Shown here one piece after another: positions 9,555-17,675 of a stretch of 64,000 nt of DNA; the stretch's first letter is position 1, and the number at the start of each line of letters is the position of its first letter. Source of the stretch: an uncultured Gemmatimonadales bacterium (GTDB lineage Bacteria > Gemmatimonadota > Gemmatimonadetes > Longimicrobiales > Gaopeijiaceae); the NCBI GenBank assembly GCA_963809895.1, contig CAWELD010000010.1:608001-672000 (forward strand), written 5' to 3'. Under the pieces are notes generated by a model. The model ran no database searches. It was given only the letters and a program-made list of their open reading frames with translations, and had not been told where the DNA came from. Made by a program: the position numbers and the translations under genes.

Positions 9555-9959
9555 CTACTGCGGGTTCCTCTGGCCCAGGTAGGCTCCCGGCGGCAACACG
9601 ATGACCCCACCGACTTCGTGGCCGAAGAAGGGCCCGAAGTCCTGATGGTCGCCCGTGATCAGGTGAGTTGCCCGTCCTGCCATGGCGCCGCCGAGAATCG
9701 GCCAATCCTCCCGCCTCAGGTCGAGCATCTCGAAGAACGCCTCGTCGAGCGTCACCCCAGGGACGAGTTCGAGGACGGCGACAAGTTCATTGAGCCGAAC
9801 GCGCCGCTCGGGCTCCAAGAGGTTGCGTCGGGCCTCCTCAATGGCGTAGTCGGACGAGAGCAACTTCACATCATCGAGTTGCCAAAGCCGGGCCACTCCC
9901 GCGCCGGGTCGGTAGGCCGCGGAGAACAGCACGTTGGCATCGATGAACAGCCGGTCCAC
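9555..9959 (-). CDS. PIN-domain (VapC-like) toxin
   Basis: LFIDANVLFSA, EEARRNL, LITGDHQDF. Confidence 0.88.
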   Translation of the reverse strand: MDRLFIDANVLFSAAYRPGAGVARLWQLDDVKLLSSDYAIEEARRNLLEPERRVRLNELVAVLELVPGVTLDEAFFEMLDLRREDWPILGGAMAGRATHLITGDHQDFGPFFGHEVGGVIVLPPGAYLGQRNPQ

Positions 9960-9962
9960 TCC

Positions 9963-10259
9963 TCAAACGCCTTCCGGTCGATGGTGCGGAATGGCACCAG
10001 GATCGAGGCCCATACGTCGGACCTCGTCGGTGGCAAGCCGGTAGTCCTCGGCGTCAACGGCGTTGGACAGCAGGAACTCCGCTTTCCTCTCTGCGGAATA
10101 CACCTCAATGGGCACGGTCATCGCCGGCCGGATCAGAATCCCGTCGGGTGTTTCCTCGGCAATGACCTCGGACCCCTCTTGGATCCCAAACCGACGCCTC
10201 AACTTGGCCGGAATGACGAACGTGCCCCGCTTTCCAACACGACTTGTCTCAGTAGCCAT
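9963..10259 (-). CDS. AbrB/MazE/SpoVT antitoxin
   Basis: VGKRGTFVIPAKLRRRFGI motif; AGGAGG RBS. Confidence 0.88.
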   Translation of the reverse strand: MATETSRVGKRGTFVIPAKLRRRFGIQEGSEVIAEETPDGILIRPAMTVPIEVYSAERKAEFLLSNAVDAEDYRLATDEVRRMGLDPGAIPHHRPEGV

Positions 10260-10390
10260 AGCTCCTCCTGCCTGAATATCAGATATTCCGGCACCGTCCG
10301 CAAGAAGAAGAGCCCGCCCGGGGTGGTGTTGAAGCGGCCCGGAGGCGCGGGTGCCAGAAGCTGGTGACGGCTCCGACGCGAAGGCGCGCC

Positions 10391-10505
10391 CCATATCAAG
10401 GAATTGCTGCTGGCGGGGTGGGCTGCGGGGTCCGGAGCACTCGCCTTGCGGCTCCCGCTCCGGGTCGGCATCGTGATCCGGCAGCAGAATTCCAAGTCGT
10501 TATGA
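10391..10505 (+). repeat. attC site (family C), R'' AAC changed to ATC
   Basis: CCATATC...GTTATGA; body matches 7126-7241. Confidence 0.88.
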
Positions 10506-10577
10506 AGCGCGAACCGAGCGATTGCGCTGGATGGGAGCATCCGGTTCGACAGGGTGTAGATTGGATAGGAGGCTCGT

Positions 10578-10802
10578 ATGCGCAATTCAGTCCCGATCTT
10601 CGTCTCGGATCCCGAGATCCTTGGAGGTGTGCCCGTGTTCCGCGGCACGCGGGTTCCTGTGCGGGTGCTTCTGGAGTACCTGTCCGCTGGGCAATCCCTC
10701 GACCAGTTCTTGGATGAGTTCCCCACCGTCACACGCGAGCAGGCTCAGGCTGCCCTCGAATTGGCGATGGAAGCGTTGACGGGAAGTGCGAGCACTGCTT
10801 GA
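10578..10802 (+). CDS. DUF433 antitoxin-like protein
   Basis: SDPEILGGVPVFRGTRVPV motif. Confidence 0.92.
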   Translation: MRNSVPIFVSDPEILGGVPVFRGTRVPVRVLLEYLSAGQSLDQFLDEFPTVTREQAQAALELAMEALTGSASTA

Positions 10803-11118
10803 CGAGTCGCTGCCGCGCACCCTGGCGCGGCACTTCGCCAAGCTCGAGGTCCAGACGGTATACGAGCGCGGTTGGGCAGGGCTGAAGAACGGCGAGTTGC
10901 TGGCCGAGGCGTCTGGAGACTTCGATGTCTTCGTGACGGCGGACCAGAACCTCCAGTATCAGCAGAACTTGTCGGGCACGTCGCTCCGAGTTGTCGTCCT
11001 CGCAGCGGTCTCGAACCGAGTTCCGGACCTCTTGCCCCTCGTTCCGTACGCGGAGATGGTAGTTGAAGGGATGCAGCCTGGCGAGGTCCGAACTGTGAAT
11101 GGGCGAGCCGCTTCTTAA
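10786..11118 (+). CDS. DUF5615 PIN-like toxin
   Basis: LLDESLP, GWAGLKNGELL, FVTADQNL; paired with DUF433. Confidence 0.88.
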   Translation: MRALLDESLPRTLARHFAKLEVQTVYERGWAGLKNGELLAEASGDFDVFVTADQNLQYQQNLSGTSLRVVVLAAVSNRVPDLLPLVPYAEMVVEGMQPGEVRTVNGRAAS

Positions 11119-11217
11119 CCAGCGATTTCTACTGCGTGCTCAACGATCGAAAGGGTCGCGCGCGAGCCGCGCGGTCGGCATGATGAGGCACGCAGTAGAA
11201 TCGCAAATTCGTTAGAC
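11113..11217 (+). repeat. attC site (family B)
   Basis: TCTTAAC...GTTAGAC. Confidence 0.93.
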
Positions 11218-11236
11218 GGCGGAGAAGGACCACGAG

Positions 11237-12586
11237 ATGCCTTTGAGGCGGACTCTAGGCGGGCTTTGCGCACTTCTCATGGTGAGCGCGGGGTGCTGGG
11301 CCCGGAGTGAAACTCGGTCGTCAGTGAACCGGGCGACGGCCCTGCGCATCGACAGCGTCGCAGCGGCGTTCATGCAGCGCCGATCTGTTCCCGGGCTGTC
11401 GATAGCAATCGCCTCGCGGGGGCGGCTCCTTTACGCCCACGGATACGGGATCGCGGCGCTGACGGGCGATCGTGCGGGGCCCGTTACCTCGCATACGGTC
11501 TTCGAACTGGGCTCGATCAAGAAGCCGATTACGGCGGCCGCCGTACTTCAACTCACGCAGCGGCGGCTGGTCGGTCTGGATGACCCTGCGGACCGATGGA
11601 TCGGTCGCATCAGGACGGAGGAGCAATCTGTGCGCGTGCGCGATATGCTCAATCAGGTATCCGGCCTGCCTGATGGCGACGACACCGCGGTGATACGGAA
11701 ACTGGACTTCGAGCCAGGTACCAGATGGGCATACCGAAACGCCAATTTCGACCTCCTGGACGTACTCGTGCAGGAAGCGACGGGAGAGCACTTCGGAGAC
11801 TACCTGAGGACCTCGATGATGGTCCCGCTGGGCTTGCCTACGTTGGGGATGTGCGATCCGGATAACCCTCAGACGGTTGAAATGGCGCAGGGGTACACGC
11901 GCCGGGGCGGGACCTTCCAACCGGTTGCGGACGCGTGCTGGCTCCGTGGCACGCCGAGCGACGTAGCGTTGTGGGCCGATGCTCTCTTCGGGGGGCGCAT
12001 CGTGGGGCAACAGGAACTGAGGGAGATGACGACCCCGGCCACTCTGAAGGATGGCACGAAGACCGACTACGGGTTTGGCCTCCGTCTGCTGCCGATTCAC
12101 GGCATCGAGCGTCTATCACACACGGGACATGTCGACGGCTTCACTGCTTCCTTCGGTTACTATCCGGCGGCCGACTTGGCAGTCGCTGTAGCGGGCAACT
12201 CCGATTCGTTGTTCGATCCCGATGCGGTGGAGGTGGCTATTGCCATGGTTCTCCTCGGCGTAGCGCCGTTCCGGCCGGAGGTCGTGAGCATAGGCGACGC
12301 CGAGCGGTTTCGTGGAGTCTACGACGCGGGCGAGGTCTGGTTCTTGATTGGGGGCGCCGGCGGCGACTCGCTCACGCTCAGCATGACCCCGGCCGAGGAT
12401 AACGCCACCCCCTACCTGGTGACGCGACTGGTGAGGGTCGGGGAGGCCCGGTACGTCGGGGCTGACTCTCCGGATGTAGTCGGAGCGCAGTTCTTGAATC
12501 CAAGAGGCGGCGAGGTGCCCGACAGGGTCGTCGTCGATGCCGTCGGCATCCCGTGGGCAGCGACCCGGCGCTCGAAGGCACGTTGA
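11237..12586 (+). CDS. Serine hydrolase, beta-lactamase/transpeptidase-like
   Basis: SIKK (SxxK), YRN (YxN), HTG motifs; signal peptide. Confidence 0.88.
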   Translation: MPLRRTLGGLCALLMVSAGCWARSETRSSVNRATALRIDSVAAAFMQRRSVPGLSIAIASRGRLLYAHGYGIAALTGDRAGPVTSHTVFELGSIKKPITAAAVLQLTQRRLVGLDDPADRWIGRIRTEEQSVRVRDMLNQVSGLPDGDDTAVIRKLDFEPGTRWAYRNANFDLLDVLVQEATGEHFGDYLRTSMMVPLGLPTLGMCDPDNPQTVEMAQGYTRRGGTFQPVADACWLRGTPSDVALWADALFGGRIVGQQELREMTTPATLKDGTKTDYGFGLRLLPIHGIERLSHTGHVDGFTASFGYYPAADLAVAVAGNSDSLFDPDAVEVAIAMVLLGVAPFRPEVVSIGDAERFRGVYDAGEVWFLIGGAGGDSLTLSMTPAEDNATPYLVTRLVRVGEARYVGADSPDVVGAQFLNPRGGEVPDRVVVDAVGIPWAATRRSKAR

Positions 12587-12595
12587 CGTTCCGCC

Positions 12596-12710
12596 GTCTA
12601 ACAGGGGTTTGCTGCTGACAGGGTAAGCTGCGAGGTCCGACAGCACTCGCCTGGCGGCTCGCGCTGCAGGTCGGCATGATGCTCCTGCAAGAAACCCAGA
12701 GTCGTTAGAG
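12596..12710 (+). repeat. attC site (family C)
   Basis: GTCTAAC...GTTAGAG. Confidence 0.9.
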
Positions 12711-12731
12711 CGCAGTTGGCAGGCGAAGTGA

Positions 12732-13019
12732 CTACTTCACCGAATCCAGTACGGCCCGGGGGTGCTTTGCCGCGACGCGGAGCAGGACTTTGGCCGGGCC
12801 CTGCGGATGACGACGTCCCTGCTCCCAATTCTGAAGTGTCCGTACGCTGATCCCGAGAAGGGCGGCGAACTTCGTTTGCGACAGCCCGTACTCCTCCCTG
12901 ATCGCGCCGACATCCGGGTCGTCGAACCTCGTCTCACGCGCAGCCTCGTGCTCGCGCCGCAGAACTGCCCCACCCTGCTTGACACTCTCCACGAGCTCGC
13001 TGAACAGCTCATCCCTCAT
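12732..13019 (-). CDS. higA: XRE-family HTH antitoxin (HigA2/NadS-like)
   Basis: LSQTKFAALLGISVRTLQNWEQGRR.PQGPA. Confidence 0.88.
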   Translation of the reverse strand: MRDELFSELVESVKQGGAVLRREHEAARETRFDDPDVGAIREEYGLSQTKFAALLGISVRTLQNWEQGRRHPQGPAKVLLRVAAKHPRAVLDSVK

Positions 13020-13312
13020 TTGAACTCCTCCTTTACAAGAGCCGCCAGGACCTTCTTCTGGTCCACTGACAGGTCGTCTCGCTCGCTCTTCGGGTACATG
13101 AGGAGCATCAGGATCTGACCCTCAGCCGTCGCCCAGTAGTAAATTGCACGGACCCCGCCGCGCTTGCCGCGACCCGAGCCTTGCCACCGGATCTTCCTCA
13201 AACCGCCCGTGCCTCGAATCACGGCTCCCGCTTCCGGGCCCTGAGCGAGTCGAAGCTGGAGCAGCCGGTAGGACTCCGGCTTCATGAACACCGGCGTCTC
13301 CTTGATAACCAT
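13016..13312 (-). CDS. higB: RelE/HigB2-family toxin
   Basis: GTGGLRKIRW..GRGKRGGVRAIYY; lies upstream of the antitoxin. Confidence 0.88.
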   Translation of the reverse strand: MVIKETPVFMKPESYRLLQLRLAQGPEAGAVIRGTGGLRKIRWQGSGRGKRGGVRAIYYWATAEGQILMLLMYPKSERDDLSVDQKKVLAALVKEEFK

Positions 13313-13317
13313 GGTGC

Positions 13318-13355
13318 AATGTACGTCGTTGGCGTACTATACGTCAACGGCGTAC
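13318..13355 (-). promoter_or_regulatory. Promoter TTGACG-N18-TACATT 5 nt before ATG, with two TACG-N-CGTA operator-like palindromes
   Basis: GTACGTCGTTGGCGTAC and ATACGTCAACGGCGTAC on the plus strand. Confidence 0.7.
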
Positions 13356-13387
13356 TCATGGTTCCGAACCTACGGTGAGGCGCTGCG

Positions 13388-13492
13388 CTCTAACAGGCGA
13401 CTGCTGCTGCGTGCGCAACGATCGAAAGGGTCGCGCGCGGGGCGCGCGATCGGCATGATGAGGCACGCAGCAGAAACCCAAATCCGTCAGAG
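13388..13492 (+). repeat. attC site (family B), R' GTT changed to GTC
   Basis: CTCTAAC...GTCAGAG. Confidence 0.9.
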
Positions 13493-13513
13493 CGTGCTCG
13501 ATCAGCCCGGAAC

Positions 13514-13551
13514 TTGCTAGGGCAGGCCAGATGTAGTACATTGTACTACAT
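13514..13551 (+). promoter_or_regulatory. Promoter TTGCTA-N17-TACATT with perfect palindrome ATGTAGTACA-T-TGTACTACAT; leaderless
   Basis: Palindrome 13531-13551 covers the -10 and the start codon. Confidence 0.78.
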
Positions 13552-13771
13552 GAAGACCGCCGCTGTTACCATTCGCTTGGATCCGAGCCTCGAAGAGATG
13601 CTCGACCGGGTTTGCCGCGAAACGGGCCGCTCTCGCAGCGAAGTGGTCCGGGAGGCGTTGCGTCGGCAGTTGACCCTTGAGCTCTTCGAGGAAGCGCGTC
13701 GCCAGCTGATCCCGTTCGCTGAGGCACAGGGCATCTACACCGACGAGGACGTCTTCAAGCTGGTCTCGTGA
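13550..13771 (+). CDS. CopG/RHH antitoxin
   Basis: VTIRLD..GRSRSEVVREAL. Confidence 0.88.
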   Translation: MKTAAVTIRLDPSLEEMLDRVCRETGRSRSEVVREALRRQLTLELFEEARRQLIPFAEAQGIYTDEDVFKLVS

Positions 13772-14178
13772 CGCGGGTCTGCCTGGATTCGAACGTTCTC
13801 GTCGCGGCTTTCATCGCTCGAGGCCTCTGCGCCGACCTCCTCAAGCTCGTGCTATCTGAGTACCAACTCGTTGTCCCCGAAGTCGTCGCGGAGGAAGTCC
13901 TTCGCGTCCTCACGACGAAGCTGAAGGCGAGTCAGACTGCCCTGTCCGCGGTGCAGGCAGTCCTTGATCGCTGCGACATCGTTCCCCGAGGCAAGGCACC
14001 TTCGCCCATCTCACTGCGAGATCCCGACGATGAACGCGTTCTGGCCGACGCCGTGTCTGCCGGGGCTGAAATCCTGGTGAGCGGCGACCAAGACCTCCTC
14101 GTTGTTGCCAAGGAGTCCCCCATTCGGATTCTGTCGCCCAGGGCGTTTCTCACCCTGGCACGCGGCGGCACGCTCTAA
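13768..14178 (+). CDS. PIN-family toxin
   Basis: VCLDSNVLVAA, LRDPDDERVL, LVSGDQDLL. Confidence 0.9.
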   Translation: MTRVCLDSNVLVAAFIARGLCADLLKLVLSEYQLVVPEVVAEEVLRVLTTKLKASQTALSAVQAVLDRCDIVPRGKAPSPISLRDPDDERVLADAVSAGAEILVSGDQDLLVVAKESPIRILSPRAFLTLARGGTL

Positions 14179-14289
14179 CAGGGGTTCGCTGCTGCGCGTG
14201 TCAGCGTTGAAGGGCCTGGGCTACTCGGCTTGCACCTCGCAGCCCGGCCGAGCATGGTGGTGCGTAGCAGAATCGCAAATCCGCTAGGG
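14173..14289 (+). repeat. attC site, R' GTT changed to GCT
   Basis: CTCTAAC...GCTAGGG; inner loop TCGGCTTGCACCTC as in family A. Confidence 0.85.
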
Positions 14290-14300
14290 TGCCCTGGACC

Positions 14301-14702
14301 TCAGTGGAGGAGGGTCTCGAGGAACGCGCCGGGAGTCATCACCCGTACATCCCTCCAGCCGTCGACGTCGAGCAGATGTCGGTCGCCGGAAACCACGATT
14401 GCATCGGCCCTCGCGGCGCACCACATGAACTTGTCGTCGTCGGGGTCTGCGGTCACGCTTCCGCCGCCGTGTGAGTCCGGCATCAGCATCCCATGCGCCG
14501 CGAGTTCGAAGAGCAGTGGCTGGTAGTCGGCGTCAGGGTAGGAGGAGCGTAGGCGGTCGCAGACCCGTAGGTACTCATCCAGTATTGACGGAGTGAGGAC
14601 CACCTCCAAGCGTCCGTCTGCCCACGCGTCGAGGACCGTACGTGGCTGCCCCCCAAAGAAGAGGGCGGAGACAACCACGTTGGTGTCCAGAACCACTCTC
14701 AC
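14301..14702 (-). CDS. PIN-family toxin
   Basis: VVLDTNVVVSA, DPDDDKF, IVVSGDRHLL. Confidence 0.9.
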   Translation of the reverse strand: MRVVLDTNVVVSALFFGGQPRTVLDAWADGRLEVVLTPSILDEYLRVCDRLRSSYPDADYQPLLFELAAHGMLMPDSHGGGSVTADPDDDKFMWCAARADAIVVSGDRHLLDVDGWRDVRVMTPGAFLETLLH

Positions 14703-14962
14703 TTCGATGCGCGGGCCTCTCGGATCGCCCTCTCGACATCCTCAGGCGTGACCCCAGCGGCCTCGGCCGCCGCCTGAACCTTGTCCATCAGAGCCTTGAG
14801 CTTCTTCGGGTTCGGGGGCTCCACCGCCTTGAGGATAACGACGTTCCCTTCGCCAACGACCACGAATTGGTCGCCTGGCTCAAGGCCGAGGCGGTTCCGG
14901 ATTTCCTCTGGAATGACGACCTGCCCGCGCGACGAGAGCTTCGTTGTCGATGGTTTCACCAT
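14699..14962 (-). CDS. AbrB/MazE/SpoVT antitoxin
   Basis: LSSRGQVVIPEEIRNRLGL motif. Confidence 0.9.
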   Translation of the reverse strand: MVKPSTTKLSSRGQVVIPEEIRNRLGLEPGDQFVVVGEGNVVILKAVEPPNPKKLKALMDKVQAAAEAAGVTPEDVERAIREARASK

Positions 14963-14977
14963 GGTGGCCTCCGTAAG

Positions 14978-14993
14978 ATCTTATTGATAAGAT
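14978..14993. promoter_or_regulatory. Palindromic operator candidate ATCTTAT-TG-ATAAGAT
   Basis: AT-rich perfect inverted repeat just upstream of the antitoxin RBS. Confidence 0.55.
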
Positions 14994-15009
14994 GGCGCAC
15001 CGGGGGGCA

Positions 15010-15127
15010 ACCTAACAAGGGTTTGCTGCTGACGCGGTAAGCGATGAACTCCGGAGCCGTTTGCCTTGCAGCTCACGGCACCGGGTCGGCAAGTTGGTCG
15101 CGCAGCAGAAACCCAAAGTCGTTAGGA
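15010..15127 (+). repeat. attC site (family C)
   Basis: ACCTAAC...GTTAGGA. Confidence 0.93.
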
Positions 15128-15134
15128 GGCGCTA

Positions 15135-15539
15135 CTACCTGCGTCCGTGGAGCTTCTCCCAGAACCCGCGAGGGGAGACGACAGGGAGGGGGGGCGTCTC
15201 AGCAACGTCGAGGATGTCGCGGTCTCCCGTGACGACGAGTTCGGCCAAGCCCGCCGCGGCTTCGCTCAACACAATGACATCGTCTGGGTCACGAAGCTCA
15301 AGCCGGAGGGTTGGGGCAGAGGATACGATGATCGCCTCTCTGCGTAGGAAGGCCACTGCCTCCTCGGCCAACTCAGACTGCATCCGCATCTTCTTGTCCA
15401 AGACCCGAGGGAGTTCCGCCAACACGGCCTCCCCGAGGACAAGCTGGTGCTCCGCGAGGACGACGTTCAGGACGTCTTCGCAAATGCCGCGCGTCGTGAA
15501 GGCGCTAACCAGCACGTTCGTGTCGAGGCAGACCCTCAA
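15135..15539 (-). CDS. PIN-family toxin
   Basis: VCLDTNVLVSA, LRDPDD, VVTGDRDIL; paralog of 13768-14178. Confidence 0.9.
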   Translation of the reverse strand: MRVCLDTNVLVSAFTTRGICEDVLNVVLAEHQLVLGEAVLAELPRVLDKKMRMQSELAEEAVAFLRREAIIVSSAPTLRLELRDPDDVIVLSEAAAGLAELVVTGDRDILDVAETPPLPVVSPRGFWEKLHGRR

Positions 15540-15727
15540 GACACGTCTCGGAAGACGTCCTCATCTGTGAGGTATCCGGCCGCTTCCGCGAAGGGCATCA
15601 TCCGCGTGCGCAGTTCCTGGAACTGGCTCACTGCGAGTTGGCGGCGCAGTGCCTCACGTACGATCTCGCTCCGAGATCGGCCGGTACGCTCGGCGAGGCG
15701 ATCCAACTGCTTCTCCAACTCGGGGTC
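15536..15727 (-). pseudogene. 5'-truncated CopG/RHH antitoxin
   Basis: DPELEKQLDRL..GRSRSEIVREAL aligns with 13550-13771 but lacks the first ~10 aa. Confidence 0.82.
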
Positions 15728-15803
15728 CGGAGCCGTTCGCCTTGCAGCTCACGGCACCGGGTCGGCATCATGGTCGCGCAGCAGAGCCCCAGAGTCGTTA
15801 GGC
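15721..15803 (+). repeat. attC site (family C), left arm deleted
   Basis: Matches right part of 15010-15127; ends GTTAGGC. Confidence 0.88.
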
Positions 15804-15830
15804 TGAAACGTGAGCTGTGTGGGCCTTCGG

Positions 15831-16130
15831 CTACCCGGCCACCGGCTCGATCTCCTCGAGCACCGAACTGTCCTTCGAGTGAAGGGCATGCCAGAGGTCC
15901 CAGTTCCGCTGTCCGTTCAGCCAGAACTCCGGTGTGGTTCCGAAGAGCTTCGAGAGGCGGAGGGCAGTGTCTGGCGTGACTCCGCGCTTCCCGTTCACGA
16001 GCTCGTTGACGCGGGGGTAGGACACCCGGATCCGCTCGGCGAGCTCCGACTGGGTCATGCTCAGGGGGCGAAGGAACTCCTCGAGAAGCATCTCGCCGGG
16101 GTGGGTGGGCGGTCGGTTCTTCGGCAGCAT
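15831..16130 (-). CDS. higA: HigA (VapI-type) antitoxin
   Basis: PTHPGEMLLEEFL..TPDTALRLSKLFGTTPEFWLNGQ. Confidence 0.93.
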   Translation of the reverse strand: MLPKNRPPTHPGEMLLEEFLRPLSMTQSELAERIRVSYPRVNELVNGKRGVTPDTALRLSKLFGTTPEFWLNGQRNWDLWHALHSKDSSVLEEIEPVAG

Positions 16131-16141
16131 GTGTCCTCCCT

Positions 16142-16435
16142 CTAGTGGTAGTCCGCAACCTCGACGTCAGCGGGCCCAGCGTCTGTCCACCGGAAGCAGA
16201 TCCGGTACTGGTTATTGATTCGAATGCTGAACTGCCCTTCCCGGTCGCCGCGTAGAGCCTCGAGGTGGTTACCGGGCGGCATCCGCAGATCCTGCACAGC
16301 CTGGGCCTGGTTCAAGGAGTCCAGCTTCCGTGCGGCGGTCTTCCACAGGTTCCGAGGACAGATCCGACGCGCCGCCTTCGAGTCCTCGCGATCGAAAAGG
16401 TCTCGGGAGCCCTGGTTGTGGAAGGACTGGATCAT
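16142..16435 (-). CDS. higB: HigB plasmid-maintenance-killer type toxin
   Basis: DLRMPPGNHLEALRGDREGQFSIRINNQYRICF..DYH. Confidence 0.93.
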   Translation of the reverse strand: MIQSFHNQGSRDLFDREDSKAARRICPRNLWKTAARKLDSLNQAQAVQDLRMPPGNHLEALRGDREGQFSIRINNQYRICFRWTDAGPADVEVADYH

Positions 16436-16440
16436 GTGTC

Positions 16441-16469
16441 AGTATAACGCACATCGTTATACGTTACAA
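16441..16469 (-). promoter_or_regulatory. Promoter TTGTAA-N17-TATACT with palindrome GTATAACG-N5-CGTTATAC; leaderless
   Basis: -10 ends 5 nt before the ATG at 16435. Confidence 0.78.
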
Positions 16470-16485
16470 TCGGGTCTTGGTTTCA

Positions 16486-16497
16486 CCCTAACCAGCG
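16486..16497 (+). repeat. Left end of IS-interrupted attC (family B)
   Basis: CCCTAACCAGCG; joins 17552 to rebuild a family B site. Confidence 0.8.
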
Positions 16498-17551
16498 TAT
16501 CTGGACTCCCCCGACAGTCGGATGTTGTCCGGAGCGTAGTTGAAGGTGGTGGCTCCGGGCTGCTCCTTGATTAGCCGGCAATGCTCACCTCGGCAAGGGT
16601 GTCCTCGCGCTCGAGCCAGAGGGCGAGCTGCTCGAGCTTCTGCGTGCCCTCGCTCGCCTCGAGCTTCACCGCCGCCCGGAAGGCCGACTTCACCTGCGCG
16701 TGCTGGTCCCTGGGCAGGTGTCCCGTGAGGTTGCGCAGCTTGTGGTTGCGGCAGCGCTGGACCAGGTCCTCGAGCAGGGCGGTGGCCACCTCCGCGTTCT
16801 CGCTCGCGCCCTCCCGCAGGCCGAGCACGTGCTTCCGCCCCTCGTTGTCCACGCCCACGGCCGCGAGCACGTGATGATTCCCGAACTGGATCCCGTCCAC
16901 GTAGACGATGAGCAGATCCCAGGCCTCCAGCCGCCGCTCCATGAGCTCCCGGAGCACCGTCTCGCTCGCCTCGATCGCCTCACGGCTCACCGACGACTTG
17001 GCCACGCCCACCGTGTCGGCCATTGCCGGGATCACGTCCGCATAGCGACGCGTGCTCACGCCCGCCAGCAGGATCTCGAGCATCCGCTCCGCCACCGGCC
17101 CAGGCCGTCGCATCGCCTCGTAGGCCGGCATCTCGACCTCGCCTCCCTCGCCCCGGCCCTTCACCCGGAGCCGCGGCCGCTCGACCCGAACCTTCCGGTC
17201 CGACTTGTTGCCGTCCCGGTATCGACGCACATGCCCAGCCGGCAGCAGGCGCACCTGGTGGCCCATGGCTCGACACACTCGGCCCCAGTAGTGCGCCGTG
17301 CCGCATGCCTCCATCAGGATCTCCGACGGTGCCTGGGTCTCCAGGAATCGCCGGAACCCGGATCGATTGAGCCTCCGCTGTTCAGTGACTTGCCCCACCT
17401 CGCGCGATACCGCGATCTCGAACACGCTCTTTGCCAGATCCACTGCCACCTGCGTAGTCTTCATCGGGACTCCTCCTTCGGGCTTGGCCTTCGGGGCCGT
17501 TCGTGTCAGTGGCAGAGTGCTGCCACTCCGGAGGGGGAGTCCATCCCATCA
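16498..17551 (-). mobile_element. IS1111-attC-type (IS110 family) element, internally deleted, with nested IS256 remnant
   Basis: Sub-terminal IRs TGGACTCCCCC / GGGGGAGTCCA; inserted in attC without target duplication; DEDD transposase N-terminus. Confidence 0.88.
16571..17464 (-). pseudogene. Chimeric transposase: IS110 RuvC N-terminus fused in frame to IS256 (mutator) fragments
   Basis: AVDLAKSVF..MEACG..NKSDR then RVERPRLR..GVSTRRY..YVDG..GRKHVLG..QRCRNHKLRN. Confidence 0.88.
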
Positions 17552-17644
17552 ACTGCTACTGCGTGCTCAAAGACCGAAGGGGTCGCGCGCGAGACGCGCG
17601 GTCGACATCATGAGGCACGCGGCAGAATCGCAGATCCGTTAGAC
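17552..17644 (+). repeat. Right part of IS-interrupted attC (family B)
   Basis: ACTGCTACTGCGTGCTC...GTTAGAC. Confidence 0.88.
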
Positions 17645-17675
17645 CGTGCCACACCCACTCAGGGGATACAGCCCA

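Noticed and set aside
7953..12586. Named clinical beta-lactamase genes
   Set aside because: Motifs support only the broad serine hydrolase family
16498..16610. Intact bridge/seekRNA of the IS1111 element
   Set aside because: Only 23 bp is shared with the second IS end; the rest looks like the IS256 terminus, so the guide region seems deleted
16571..17464. Novel functional hybrid transposase
   Set aside because: Lacks the IS110 C-terminal domain and parts of the IS256 catalytic core; best read as a deletion product
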